Assembly (NCBI GenBank): GCA_965140415.1
Contig: OZ223209.1
Location: 2,560,001 to 2,624,000 of the forward strand
Length of the DNA stretch: 64,000 bases
From: Myxococcota bacterium
GTDB lineage: Bacteria > Myxococcota_A > SURF-8
Direction of reading: 5' to 3'
Below the pieces are notes generated by a model. That model was given only the letters and a program-made list of their open reading frames with translations, was not told the DNA's origin and searched no databases. A program made the position numbers and the translations under genes. The number at the start of each line of letters is the position of its first letter. Position 1 is the stretch's first letter. Positions 50,176 to 61,300 of this stretch are shown in pieces.

Positions 50176-52326
50176 ATGGCATCGAAGCTTGAAGATAAAG
50201 ATATCGTGAAAACGGAAAATCGTGTGGATTCTTCGACAGCGACGGAATCTGGTGTGCCGCCCAATTTCATTAAAGAAATCATCCAGGAAGATCTGGTGAG
50301 CGGAAAAAATAAAGGGCGAGTCGCCACGCGTTTTCCTCCCGAACCGAATGGCTATCTGCATATTGGCCATGCGAAAAGCATCTGCTTGAATTTCGGTCTG
50401 GCCAAGGAATTCAATGGCACCTGTAATCTGCGTTTCGACGATACCAATCCCGTTAAAGAGGATGTGGAGTACGTGGATTCAATCATGGAAGATATCCACT
50501 GGCTGGGCTTTGACTGGGAAGATCGCCAGTATTATGCCTCAGATTACTTCGAGCAACTCTATGAAATGGCTGTAAAGCTTATCAAAGACGGCAAGGCCTA
50601 TGTCGACGATCTGAGTGATGAAGAAATCAAGGAATACCGGGGTAATTATTACAAAAAAGGGAAGCCCAGTCCGAACCGGGATCGTTCGGTCGAGGAAAAT
50701 CTGGATCTGTTCCAGCGCATGCGCGCTGGAGAATTCAAAGATGGCGAAATGGTTCTGCGCGCCAAGATCGATGTCAATGCTTCGAACATGAACATGCGCG
50801 ATCCGCTTATGTACCGTATCCGGCATGCAAGCCATCACAGGACCGGCGAAAAGTGGTGCATTTATCCGATCTACGATTTCGCTCACGGCCAGTCGGATGC
50901 CTTGGAAAAAATCACGTATTCGCTGTGTTCGTTGGAGTTTCAGAATCATCGGCCATTGTACGACTGGTTCGTCGAAACGATTGGCGGATTCGATCCGCCG
51001 CCGCGCCAAATTGAATTTGCTCGGCTGAATCTGAACTACACGGTGCTAAGCAAACGAAAACTGCTGGAACTGGTACAGGGAGGTCATGTTTCCGGCTGGG
51101 ACGATCCCCGAATGCCTACCATTTGCGGTCTTCGTCGACGCGGATACACGCCAGAGTCGATTCGCGAATTTGCGGAGCGGATCGGTGTGGCCAAGGCGGA
51201 CAGCATGGTGGATATGGCCTTATTGGAGCACTGCCTGCGCGAAGATCTTAACGATCATGCCCCGCGCGTCATGGGTGTGCTGAATCCGTTGAAGGTCACT
51301 ATCACCAATTACCCTGAAGGTCAGGTCGAAGAGTTCGATGCTCCCTATCATCCTGAAGCGCCGGAGATGGGCTCTCGCAAAGTGCCGTTCAGTCGGGTTC
51401 TGTATGTCGAACGGGATGACTTCAAAGAAGAGGCTCCGAGAAAATGGTTCCGCCTGGCTCCTGGTAAGGAAGTACGCTTGCGCTATGCCTGTCTGATCAC
51501 TTGCAACGAAGTGATTAAAGACGAGCAGGGCGAAGTCGTGGAATTGCGTTGCACCTGGGATCCGGAAAGCCGGGGAGGAACGTCGCCAGATGGGCGCAAA
51601 GTAAAAGGTACCTTGCACTGGGTAAGCGCCGAACATGCGATTGAGGCGGAAGTCCGTTTGTATGATCGCTTGTTCTCCAACCCGAATCCGATGGATTCCC
51701 CTGAAGGGGAGGATTGGAAACAGGGTTTGAATCCCGATTCGCTGACCGTGCTGAACGGTTGTAGGCTTGAACCGAGTTTAGCTACGGCAAAGCCGGGCGA
51801 GCGGATGCAGTTCGAGCGCTTGGGCTATTTCTGTGTGGATTCAAAAGATTCGAGCGAGGAACATCTGGTGTTCAACCGAGCGGTCACACTTCGTGACAGT
51901 TGGGCGAAAATCGCGGAGAAATCAAGTAAAAGCAAAAACCCACCAAAGGCGAAAGAGAAATCAACATCGAAAAAGGCGCAGGACGCTCAAGCAACGGAAA
52001 TCATTACCATTGATGATTTCAGCAAATTGGATTTGCGGGTAGGGCAGATTGTCGAAGCCGGTTTGGTGGAGGGCGCAGATAAATTGCTGCGCTTGATGGT
52101 GGACCTTGGGGAAGCCGCGCCACGGCAGATTTTCTCTGGAATTCGCGCGAGTTATCCTCAACCGGAGGTGCTTGTCGGCAAACAGGTTATCGTGGTGGCG
52201 AACCTGAAGCCGCGCAAAATGAAGTTCGGCGTAAGCGAAGGCATGGTGTTGGGTGGTGGCAAAGGGGATCGTTTCTTCGTAACCCGTTTCGATGGTGAAT
52301 TGATACCCGGAGATAAAGTATCCTGA
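50176..52326 (+). CDS. glnS: Glutamine--tRNA ligase with C-terminal Trbp111-like tRNA-binding domain
   Basis: [37 protein letters not shown] and QFERLGYF; C-terminal [10 protein letters not shown]...ADKLL...VANLKPRKM...SEGMVL. Confidence 0.95.
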   Translation: MASKLEDKDIVKTENRVDSSTATESGVPPNFIKEIIQEDLVSGKNKGRVATRFPPEPNGYLHIGHAKSICLNFGLAKEFNGTCNLRFDDTNPVKEDVEYVDSIMEDIHWLGFDWEDRQYYASDYFEQLYEMAVKLIKDGKAYVDDLSDEEIKEYRGNYYKKGKPSPNRDRSVEENLDLFQRMRAGEFKDGEMVLRAKIDVNASNMNMRDPLMYRIRHASHHRTGEKWCIYPIYDFAHGQSDALEKITYSLCSLEFQNHRPLYDWFVETIGGFDPPPRQIEFARLNLNYTVLSKRKLLELVQGGHVSGWDDPRMPTICGLRRRGYTPESIREFAERIGVAKADSMVDMALLEHCLREDLNDHAPRVMGVLNPLKVTITNYPEGQVEEFDAPYHPEAPEMGSRKVPFSRVLYVERDDFKEEAPRKWFRLAPGKEVRLRYACLITCNEVIKDEQGEVVELRCTWDPESRGGTSPDGRKVKGTLHWVSAEHAIEAEVRLYDRLFSNPNPMDSPEGEDWKQGLNPDSLTVLNGCRLEPSLATAKPGERMQFERLGYFCVDSKDSSEEHLVFNRAVTLRDSWAKIAEKSSKSKNPPKAKEKSTSKKAQDAQATEIITIDDFSKLDLRVGQIVEAGLVEGADKLLRLMVDLGEAAPRQIFSGIRASYPQPEVLVGKQVIVVANLKPRKMKFGVSEGMVLGGGKGDRFFVTRFDGELIPGDKVS

Positions 52327-53327
52327 CCGGTTGAAAGCGACTTGTATTCATAAGTTAAATCAGCATCATTAACTCCTGAAGAATCGGTTAGGGGTGGGGA
52401 ACTGGAATTGTCCCATGAAACAGGACATTTCCGAGGTGTGGGATATCTCCAATCCTATACTTTTCCTCCGGAAGATTATACCTGGCAAACAATTGAAAGT
52501 AATAGAAAAAACAGAAGCATATGGCGACTCAAAAATCGCTTCCTGTCGTTCTGTCCAATTATTGTGGACAGGACAGGCTCCAATCTCGATGAAAGATTCC
52601 ACTTTTTTAAGACTCGTTGCGTTTGAACAAAAATCATAAATTCTTTCACTATCGTCTTGAAAAATGACCACTCCTTTGTAACTGTTTGTAAATATAGGAT
52701 AAAAACAGGAAATGTTAGTTGTTCTGTGAAATCGTCTGCGTCTTTGTGCTATTTGGCATCGTTGTTGCAATGTTAAGAAAGCGTTGTGTTTGAGATGGCT
52801 TCGGGCCTCGGATCTTTTCAAGTTATGGTTCTTGTTGGTGTGCTTCTGCCGGATAGAAGATGAATGTGAACAAGTGGAAGTGGCTATCCGAGGTAATTCC
52901 GGAGGAGCAAGACCGTTTGTTATTTGAAAATCAATGCAACCCATGCCGCCGATTTCTCATCCTTGATCTGCAATGGCGGCTTCCGGCAACCGGTTGAAAC
53001 GGCGTTTTAACCTGGGACAAGTTCCCGCCAGCCATCCTCGATGCAGGATAGTGGCGGGAACGATCGCCGGTGGTAAGGGTATCCACTGCCCTAGAGTTTT
53101 CATCTGAGCTCGAACATCAGGCAGTGGATTGCCTTTCATCATCATCAAAGAGCCGGGTTTCCCGGAGGCGTAATCCGCCAGGATGCGTCTACACCACACT
53201 CTTAATCATATCAATTTTCATTTCGGATTTTTTTCATCTCCCATCCTCCTCCTTGCGACGGGCTTTAACCCGTCGCCATTTCTATTTTATGTACGAAAAC
53301 GAAAGCAGAAGATGAGAGCTTGATTGG

Positions 53328-54599
53328 CTACTTAAGCAGATACCAGAGAAAGGCGGAGACGATTGCAAGCCCTGCTAGATATAGCAGATGTTTTAGAGTT
53401 GCATTCTTGTTCGCACTAGGATTGCTATCGAATTCGCTGCTTTGCGGTTCTTGGGAGTTCGTATGAGGTTCAACTTCGTGAGAACTACTATTTGTACTCA
53501 TTTCCTTGTTGGACTTTTGGTCTTTTGCAAGATTCGCATTCAATGTCATGCGCCAGATTTCCCCATTTCCAATATACTGGATTTCATTTGAACTGGATAA
53601 TACCAGCGGCCAGAAGGGTTTACCTGGTGTTGTCATCAGCTTGGCGGCTTGCGCGGGAAAGGAACTGAAGATTGCGGCATGTCCATTTGCATCGCCGAAA
53701 AAGACAAACTTGCTATCTTCGCTCCATAGCGCATGCGGGGAGAGAAAAGGCAACTCTTCTCCTAGATGTGGAGGGAGATTTTTAAAAAAACTCCAACCGG
53801 CTGGTTTATCCGCCGCTATTTGGATGACCGATCCTTCCAGCAATACACGTAGTGGTTGATCTTCATTTTGATCGATCTGTATGAGGCTGACTCGCGTGGC
53901 TCCCTCTCCACTGATGAGCAGGCTCCTTCCATCAGGCGAGGGCCACATGCGTTTCATTGCAGAGTCAAGGGAAAGTGTGTGCGTGTAAGATTGTGCTTCC
54001 GTATTTGTTAGCAGTGTCAAACGGTCGCCATCCAAGATTACAATACGATCTCGCAACTGTACCAGATCCGCCAACGAGGGGGATTTGTATTCTATCGGTG
54101 ATGTGACATTGCCGCTTTCATCGCAGGTCAAAATCGTGGTTTTACCGTTTGGATCGTTGGGGTTTGCACAAGCCAATAAAATACGATTCTGTTGCGCCAA
54201 ACCCAACGAAAGGATTGATGCATTAGGTAAGTCTTTAAGAAGATCCTGTGATTTAAAACGCCGAAATTCTTCAAGGTTGATGCTGTATAACCAGATCAAG
54301 TCTCCGTTTTCCGGATCGAGTGCGGCGACTCGTTCTTTTAAGAAAACGGGCAGTGGAATGTCATGTGAGTCGTGAGCAAGTGAACCCTTGGGCCAGGCGG
54401 CTAGCAAGTTGCCATTTGTTGCATCATGAAGTGTAATGCTGCTTTGCCAGGCCGTAAGTAAGCCGTGCGGAGAGAGGTGTTGGTGGCGAGGGGCAGGGGA
54501 CTGGCTCAGTCGGTCCGATAACTGCAAGCTTGCTTGCAACTGCGGCTGACCGCGCATGGCGGGTTTGAGTTCAATCGACTGGTTTTGCTCCGATGACAC
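53328..54599 (-). CDS. Hypothetical beta-propeller-like protein with C-terminal membrane anchor
   Basis: 423-aa ORF with WPSPDGRSLLIS and WSEDSKFVFFGD WD-like strands; hydrophobic C-terminus; in operon with neighbours. Confidence 0.6.
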   Translation of the reverse strand: MSSEQNQSIELKPAMRGQPQLQASLQLSDRLSQSPAPRHQHLSPHGLLTAWQSSITLHDATNGNLLAAWPKGSLAHDSHDIPLPVFLKERVAALDPENGDLIWLYSINLEEFRRFKSQDLLKDLPNASILSLGLAQQNRILLACANPNDPNGKTTILTCDESGNVTSPIEYKSPSLADLVQLRDRIVILDGDRLTLLTNTEAQSYTHTLSLDSAMKRMWPSPDGRSLLISGEGATRVSLIQIDQNEDQPLRVLLEGSVIQIAADKPAGWSFFKNLPPHLGEELPFLSPHALWSEDSKFVFFGDANGHAAIFSSFPAQAAKLMTTPGKPFWPLVLSSSNEIQYIGNGEIWRMTLNANLAKDQKSNKEMSTNSSSHEVEPHTNSQEPQSSEFDSNPSANKNATLKHLLYLAGLAIVSAFLWYLLK

Positions 54600-54607
54600 G
54601 CCAACTC

Positions 54608-55942
54608 CTAACGCTTTAACAGAGTATCGATCAATTGCTTGTGATTTTTAGGGAAAGCGCTGCCGGAATAGGCGATTTTTCCATCCGGTCCCACAATCAG
54701 GTTCAATGGCATTGCCACCGCGCCCAGCCGTTCCACCAGGCTTTCTTCCACGTCCATTACAACCGGGTAGTTTAACTTCTTTTCAGAAACGAAGGAAGCC
54801 ACGCGCTCGGGAGTATCCAGCACATTGATGGAAAGCAAAACGACTTGATCGTCATTACCGTATTGCGCTTCGAACTGTTTGACCAAAGGAATTTCCTGTA
54901 CACATTCTTTGCACCAGACTCCCCAGAATGGCAGATAAACGACCTTGCCGCGCAAGTCTTTCAAGTTAAAAACTTTGGGCTTGTTTTCTGGTGTAGTCGT
55001 TTCCGCTTCGGATTCCGCTCGATAGCTGAAATCAGGTAAAGTCTGACCGACTTCAAGTGTTTTTACGGCGGGTGCGCCTGTGTCTGAAACGGATATGATG
55101 CGGTAAAGTTGGGCCTCTTTGCCTGCCTGTGTTGTCCCTAGAATACCGCCGAAATAGGCTGCTTGATACATGTAGTAACCGAACATGCCGACGATAACCG
55201 CCAAAAACACCAGTTTGACCGCTTGAGCTACATTTCCTTTGGTGCGCAATCGAGTCGCCATTGTTGCCGAAGCTCCAGCAACGACCATCAAAGTGGCCAG
55301 TCCCATGGCGTATACGAACATCAATGCCACACCATAGCCGACAGCTCCGACTTTGGCGACGTACGTCAGCACCAAAGCGATTACAGGAGCAGTACAGGGA
55401 CCTGCTAAGATACCGGAAATAAAGCCGAAAGCGAAGGTCGTGGCTCCGCCGCCTCCTTGGGTGCTGCTGTACCAGCGCACTGCACGACGCAGAATTCCGG
55501 GTTGTTCTCCGCCTTGGAAAGCCCAGTTCTGAATCGAAGCTCCAGGATCGACTCGGTCGCCTTTCCATAGCCACAGCGCCAATAAAGCCATCAGGGCGGC
55601 TAATACGATGTATGCAATGGGAGAACTTGCCAGAGTGCCGAAAACCGCTTTGCCGGAAAGGGCGGCGACCAGTCCTAAAATTGAAAACATGCTCGCCAGA
55701 CCGAGAGCATAGAATAAGCCCATCAGCAAGGCACGCCCTTTACTGGTAACGGTTTCAATCATTTTGCCATCGACGAATTCCCGTTTGCGGGCGGAGGCGG
55801 TAATCGTTCCAACTGCAACGGGAAATAGTGGCAGGACGCAAGGCGTAAAACTGGTCATGATTCCGGCAAGATAAACAAGAATAAATGCCAATGCCGGAGA
55901 TCCGGCCAGAGCTGCCTCGAATTGTTGAGTGATGGCTTCCAT
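54608..55942 (-). CDS. CcdA/DsbD transmembrane domain fused to TlpA-like thioredoxin
   Basis: SFTPCVLP and AGPCTAP (redox Cys pair); C-terminal WGVWCKEC and MP cis-Pro. Confidence 0.9.
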   Translation of the reverse strand: MEAITQQFEAALAGSPALAFILVYLAGIMTSFTPCVLPLFPVAVGTITASARKREFVDGKMIETVTSKGRALLMGLFYALGLASMFSILGLVAALSGKAVFGTLASSPIAYIVLAALMALLALWLWKGDRVDPGASIQNWAFQGGEQPGILRRAVRWYSSTQGGGGATTFAFGFISGILAGPCTAPVIALVLTYVAKVGAVGYGVALMFVYAMGLATLMVVAGASATMATRLRTKGNVAQAVKLVFLAVIVGMFGYYMYQAAYFGGILGTTQAGKEAQLYRIISVSDTGAPAVKTLEVGQTLPDFSYRAESEAETTTPENKPKVFNLKDLRGKVVYLPFWGVWCKECVQEIPLVKQFEAQYGNDDQVVLLSINVLDTPERVASFVSEKKLNYPVVMDVEESLVERLGAVAMPLNLIVGPDGKIAYSGSAFPKNHKQLIDTLLKR

Positions 55943-55972
55943 TGATGCGAATCCTCGTATTTGATTACGGAC

Positions 55973-56911
55973 TTAACTCCAAATGATCACTTCACGCTGC
56001 AATTCAATTCCAAATTGCTTGAAAACAGCGGATTTCATTTGTTCGGACAGCGTTACAATATCGTCGAAACTGGCATTACCTCGGTTAATGATAATATTGG
56101 CGTGACCGGCAAAAACGCCTGCCTGGCCGACTGTCATCTGCTTCGCTCCAACTTGATCCAGAAAAGCTCCCGCAGCTTGCCTGCGAGTGGCATTGGAGGT
56201 CGGTTCGATATTGCGGAAAAAGGAGCCTGCACAGGGCGTGCGTCGCCAGTCGGGGTGTTTGGATCTTCGCAGCGCCATGATATCGTCGATACGTTGCTGA
56301 GAGACAGACCGGTTGCCGGGTTTGAGCTTCAAGGTGGCTTCCAATATGATTTCGCCACTGCTTTTGAACCGACTTTCCCTGTAAGCGAAGCCACATTCCG
56401 CTTGGCTGAGCTGTTGAGTTTCACCGTTGGGAGCCAGAACGCGAAGTGATTCGATGACATCTCCCACCTGCTCGCCGAATGCTCCCGCGTTGCCGTAAAT
56501 TGCGCCACCGAAGGTTCCTGGAATTCCGGCTGCAAACTCGAAGCCTGTCAAGCTTGCTTGAACGGAGGTCAAAGCTAAGGCATGAAAATCAACTCCGGCT
56601 GGTGCAGTGATCTGATTTTCATCGATTTTGATCGCGTTCTCGGGTGAATGGAAGACGATAACCAGACCATCATACCCTTTGTCAGCAACCAGCACATTGC
56701 TGCCGCCTCCCAATAATTTCCATGGGATGGACGCTTTTCTTAGAATCTCGGCAAGTTCAAGCAGAACCTCCGGGTTGGCCACTTCGATCAAGGCGCTGGC
56801 AGGGCCACCGATTTTGAACGTGGTATAGCTTGAAAGGGGAACGTCGTATTGAATTTTCGACTGCAATTCCGCTGGAATTGCTTGCTGCAACTGTTCGTTT
56901 AACCGGCTCAC
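55973..56911 (-). CDS. murB: UDP-N-acetylenolpyruvoylglucosamine reductase
   Basis: TTFKIGGPA, LGGGSNVL, GIPGTFGGAIYGNAGAFG, FAYRES, AGSFFRN and HAN motifs. Confidence 0.95.
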   Translation of the reverse strand: MSRLNEQLQQAIPAELQSKIQYDVPLSSYTTFKIGGPASALIEVANPEVLLELAEILRKASIPWKLLGGGSNVLVADKGYDGLVIVFHSPENAIKIDENQITAPAGVDFHALALTSVQASLTGFEFAAGIPGTFGGAIYGNAGAFGEQVGDVIESLRVLAPNGETQQLSQAECGFAYRESRFKSSGEIILEATLKLKPGNRSVSQQRIDDIMALRRSKHPDWRRTPCAGSFFRNIEPTSNATRRQAAGAFLDQVGAKQMTVGQAGVFAGHANIIINRGNASFDDIVTLSEQMKSAVFKQFGIELQREVIIWS

Positions 56912-57139
56912 GTCGTCTCCTGATAGTCGTTCTCATCCGCTCGGAAATATAATTCGCACAGTGTAGAGCAAGCGTGGCGAAATCGCAAGAGCATCTGGTT
57001 GGAATGGTTGGACAAGTGCGGAAACGACGAACCGATTTTAAGTTCGCAAATGCCCCTTGGTCTTGAATGCAAGCAAGGCTTGATATGTCTTTAAATTACA
57101 AGTCGTTAACGACTGTTACAAGCAGGTTATGCGGGTTGC

Positions 57140-57466
57140 TTATTGATTGATCGAAAACAGATAGCCCACTCCACGTACCGATTTGATGCGTCGTGGATTG
57201 CGGCCATTGTCGTTCATTTTTTTTCGCAGTTGGGAAACACGCAGATCGATGGATCTGTCAAACCCGTTATATGGGATACCTCGCAGTTCTTCGCAGAGTT
57301 GATCGCGGCTTAGAATTTCTCCTGCGTGCAGCGCCATGAACTCCAACAGGTCGAATTCGGCGCTGGTGAGGGGAATCGGATTGCCGCCCAAGGTGGCTGC
57401 ACGGCTTTGAGGCGTAATATGGAGGGCTCCAATTGAAATGCTGTCCCGTTGTGCTTGATTCTGCAT
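57140..57466 (-). CDS. Stand-alone OmpR/RstA-type winged-helix DNA-binding protein (no receiver)
   Basis: LTSAEFDLL...AGEILSRDQL...DRSIDLRVSQLRKK...IKSVRGVGYLF; own RBS (GAGG) before ATG. Confidence 0.85.
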   Translation of the reverse strand: MQNQAQRDSISIGALHITPQSRAATLGGNPIPLTSAEFDLLEFMALHAGEILSRDQLCEELRGIPYNGFDRSIDLRVSQLRKKMNDNGRNPRRIKSVRGVGYLFSINQ

Positions 57467-57772
57467 GTTTTTTCCTCGTTACGCTTGACGGTCAATTCTT
57501 TATTATCCGGATACTTGCCTGGCGTGCCGTGCAGTCCGGATACACTTCCTATACAAAACAAGACAATTCAGTTCGCGGATTGTTACAATTGTCACAATAT
57601 TTTTATTGAACTTTTTTATCGCTGTTAGGCACTAAGTAATGTAAGTCCTACAATTCATTACAGAATCGATACAAACATCCATAAAAAAAGGTCGAATTCC
57701 TCTATGAGCAGGGAAGTGCACCCGGCGCAGGGACGGGCGCGTGATTTCGTTTCGTAATGAAGGAGGTGTTCG

Positions 57773-58291
57773 ATGACAATCAGTGGAATTGACAGTGGCA
57801 TGTCAGGCATCGCGCAGATGATGCAGATGCAGCGGCCAAGTCAAACCGAGCGTTTCCAAATGGCGGACAGCAATGATGATGGAAGCATCGATAAAGTCGA
57901 GCTTTCGGATATCACCGCCAGAATGGAAGAAATGTCCGGAAAGGAGATCGACGAGGAGGCGTTGATCGCTCAGTTTGACTCCGACAGCGATGGTGCGTTG
58001 AATGAAGATGAAATGGAAGCGGCAATGAACAGCCTGAGAGACAGCATGCCACCGCCTCCGATGGGTGGCCAGCCTCCGATGGGCGGACCGCCTCCAGCAG
58101 GCGGTGCGGAAGAATCCGAGGAGGAGGAAGCGTCTACTCTTTTGGAAATGCTCAACAGCTTGACTGAAGAGGATGACGAGGAGAGCAGCTTGTTGGAATC
58201 GTGGTTAACGACCAATGCCACCAATACTTATGCGAGCATTCAGTCTTCCCTGTACGGAAATGGGGGAGCAGCCGTGGATGTTGAAAGCTGA
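57773..58291 (+). CDS. EF-hand domain protein with Pro-rich and acidic tail
   Basis: DSNDDGSIDKVE and DSDSDGALNEDE loops; RBS AAGGAGG. Confidence 0.85.
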   Translation: MTISGIDSGMSGIAQMMQMQRPSQTERFQMADSNDDGSIDKVELSDITARMEEMSGKEIDEEALIAQFDSDSDGALNEDEMEAAMNSLRDSMPPPPMGGQPPMGGPPPAGGAEESEEEEASTLLEMLNSLTEEDDEESSLLESWLTTNATNTYASIQSSLYGNGGAAVDVES

Positions 58292-58322
58292 GAACGTCGA
58301 AAATCAGGAAATGCCACAAAGC

Positions 58323-58354
58323 AACACTCCCCGACCGGTTGGCCGGGGAGCGTT
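58323..58354 (-). terminator. Hairpin between convergent genes (probable terminator)
   Basis: Minus strand AACGCTCCCCGGCC-AACC-GGTCGGGGAGTGTT with G.U pairs, then GCTTT. Confidence 0.55.
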
Positions 58355-58385
58355 CGTTTATGCATGATTTAAGGGGGCGTATTTC

Positions 58386-61300
58386 TTACTTGGAGAACAT
58401 GAACTGGCGACGAAGCCCGATTAGCATCAAACCGAGCATGAACAACCAAGCCGGGTTGGATGTTGTGTGCTGACAACCGCCGCCACTGCCATCATCGGTT
58501 TGATCGCCATCCACCGTGCTGTCTCCATCTGTGGACTGGTCGCCATCCGTAACGATTTCGTCTCCATCGATAATGTTGTCTCCATCAACGGTGGTATCTC
58601 CGTCAATCAGGCTGTCACCGTCCGCTATTGTATCTCCGTCTGTATGGTCGCCATCGATCGAATCGCCGTCAATGCTGTCCCCATCAATGGTATCACCATC
58701 GACAGAATCACCGTCAATGCTGTCTCCATCAACGGCATCGCCATCTACAGAATCACCGTCAATGCTATCTCCATCAACGACATCGCCATCTACAGAATCA
58801 CCATCAATGCTGTCCCCATCCGCCAGGTCACCATCGACTGGACCATCGTTTAGGGTTACAAGCAGGCTGAACTGATCCGCCGAGGCCGAAGCGGCGAGAT
58901 CGGCTGTAACTTGTAGAATTATAAATCCGTTTTCGGAGGTGGAGAAACCGATGATTTCCTGATCTCCAGAACCGCCGTTGGCGGAACCGACCAGGCATTC
59001 GCCTTCACAGCCCTGCCACAGAATCAAACCGTAAAATGCATAGTCTTCCTCCGGTTCCAAGAACGCGGAGTAGTGTTTTCCTGCCTCAAGCTCTACCTTA
59101 AGGAAAAGATCCCGATGTTCCGATGCCGTGCTGCCGGGAGCCAGGCAGGTTCCCGGAACATCCTTGAATCCATGATGCCCTGTGATACTCAGGTCCGTTT
59201 TTTCACCGACGCTTATCTCCAGTGCATTCTCGCAGCTATCCATGTCGCCCAGCACTTCGCACTGGCCACTGAAGCAGGCATAACTGTCTTCTCTGGAAGC
59301 TGTTGCACACGTCGTCCAGTCGGAAACGGGGGTGAATACACATCCCGCCGCTCCCTGACAGGCTGCGGTGAGACATTCGTTGTCATTGTCACATAACGGT
59401 TCTTGCTCGTCTTCTTCGTCTGTGTTGCCATCACAATCGTTGTCAATGTCATCACAGATTTCAGTTGCAGGTGTGCCTTCTGTGGCGTTACAGACGAGCA
59501 GCATTCCGCCTGACGAGCAGACCAGCTGCCCGGTGGCTTCACACGCGCCTGTACCGACAGTACAGGTTTGACCTGCATCGCCAAAACCTTCGTCGGTGAT
59601 GCCGTCGCAGTCGTTATCGATGGCGTCGCACAGTTCAACCGCATTGTCCGGGGATTCCTGACAGGAACGTATTCCACCTCGGGCGCAGATGTAGGTTCCT
59701 TCTTTACAGAGATCCGTATCCGCGCCATCACAAGCCAATCCGACCCAGCTTTCGTCGCTTCCATCGATCGTAATGGGATTGCAGTCGTTATCCACGCCAT
59801 CACAGGTTTCAGGAATATTAGTTTGGCTTTCCGAGCCACACTCGATTTCCAATCCGTTGGCGGCACACTGATATTCTCCATTGGCACACAGGTCCGTGTC
59901 GGGACCGTCACAGGCACTATGAAGCAGCGGGAAGATTTCATCCGTTTCATCATCGCAATCGTTGTCGATGCCGTCACAAAGTTCTCGTGCGCCATGGAAG
60001 ATATCCGAGTTGTTGGGCGCACAATCGCTATAGTCCGGGTCGCCGTCGTCGTCACTGTCAACCGGCGGCTGATCCGAAACGTGCAATGTGGCTGGGATCA
60101 TGCTGGTCGGGTTTTCCAGATCGCTACTGGTTACGCGAATATAACCCTGGTGTTCACCCAACGCAAAGCCTTGACCGTTTGCCGTGACCTCTACAGCATG
60201 TTGCCCTGATGGTGCAACTATGCCGCTGCCATCGGTGATCGTCAGCCAACTGGTGGCGGTGGCAATGGCGATGGAAAGATCATCGTGCATGAAACTCTGG
60301 CCTGTATGAGACAGGCTCATGCCACTGGTCGAATTTGCGTTTTGAATGCCGATGTTGGCGTTTGTGCCTTGGGCGGATTGATAGTTGATGTGGATATCGC
60401 CGGTTGAATACAGCACGAATTGGAAGGTGTAGCTATTAGTGCTGTACCAGCCATATTCCGGCACGTTATTGAAAGTAACCACGAATGCGCCATCCACGCT
60501 ACCATAATAAACGGAACCACCGCTGCCGGGGTCCAAATCGTCGTATAGAGCCGCGATGACCGGGCGGGGTTCATCCGAATCGGGGAACGTGATGGCAGAA
60601 CCGGATCTGTCGTCGAAACCATTTCCGAAGGTCAGATAACCATTGCTGCCGATATAAAGCGTTTGATACGAGTGCCCATAGAACGAAAAGGCGAATGGGA
60701 TCGACGCGGAAGAGTAGTCATCATCATCGAGATTTACACTACGTCGTGCTTGGGCGGGAATCTCCAACCATTGAACGGGAGTTTCTCCGTAATCCGAGCT
60801 CCCCCAACGGTAGCCGTAACTGTCATTTCCTCGTCCATAGCCAGTAGAGGTTTGGAATTCCAGGGGTTTGTCTCCGGTATTTGAAATCAGCACCTGACGA
60901 GCGTTTGTCGGTTGTGAAGATGTTACGTAAAAATGCAGTTGCTCAGGTGTGATAAGCGCTTCCGGGCATCCTAATTCGAAGTTCTTTTCGGTGTTTAGCG
61001 GGATGGAAATCATAGCGGTTTCGGACAAATACGAAGGGTGGGTTACGGTCAGGTCGTAGCGGCCAGCATCCAACCCATGGATGAGGTAATAGCCGTTGGC
61101 ATCGGCTTCAACCGAACCGTTCATCACACCGGAATAGCTGACGGTCGCTCCACTTATGGCTTGCCCGTTAGAAAGGCGAGTTATGTGACCGGACAGCGCA
61201 TTGCCCACCGTAAAGCTGAACTGTTCGCTCCACGAATCCTCATCGGAAGTGATATTAAGTGAAAAGTCCACACGATGATTGTTGTCGCAGGCGTTGATCT

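Noticed and set aside
52369-52944. 191-aa minus-strand ORF
   Set aside because: No recognisable motif and non-protein-like composition; a shorter real gene cannot be excluded.
58490-58838. Periodic repeat as a CRISPR array
   Set aside because: 15/18-bp in-frame degenerate units encoding DGD, no unique spacers, no cas genes.
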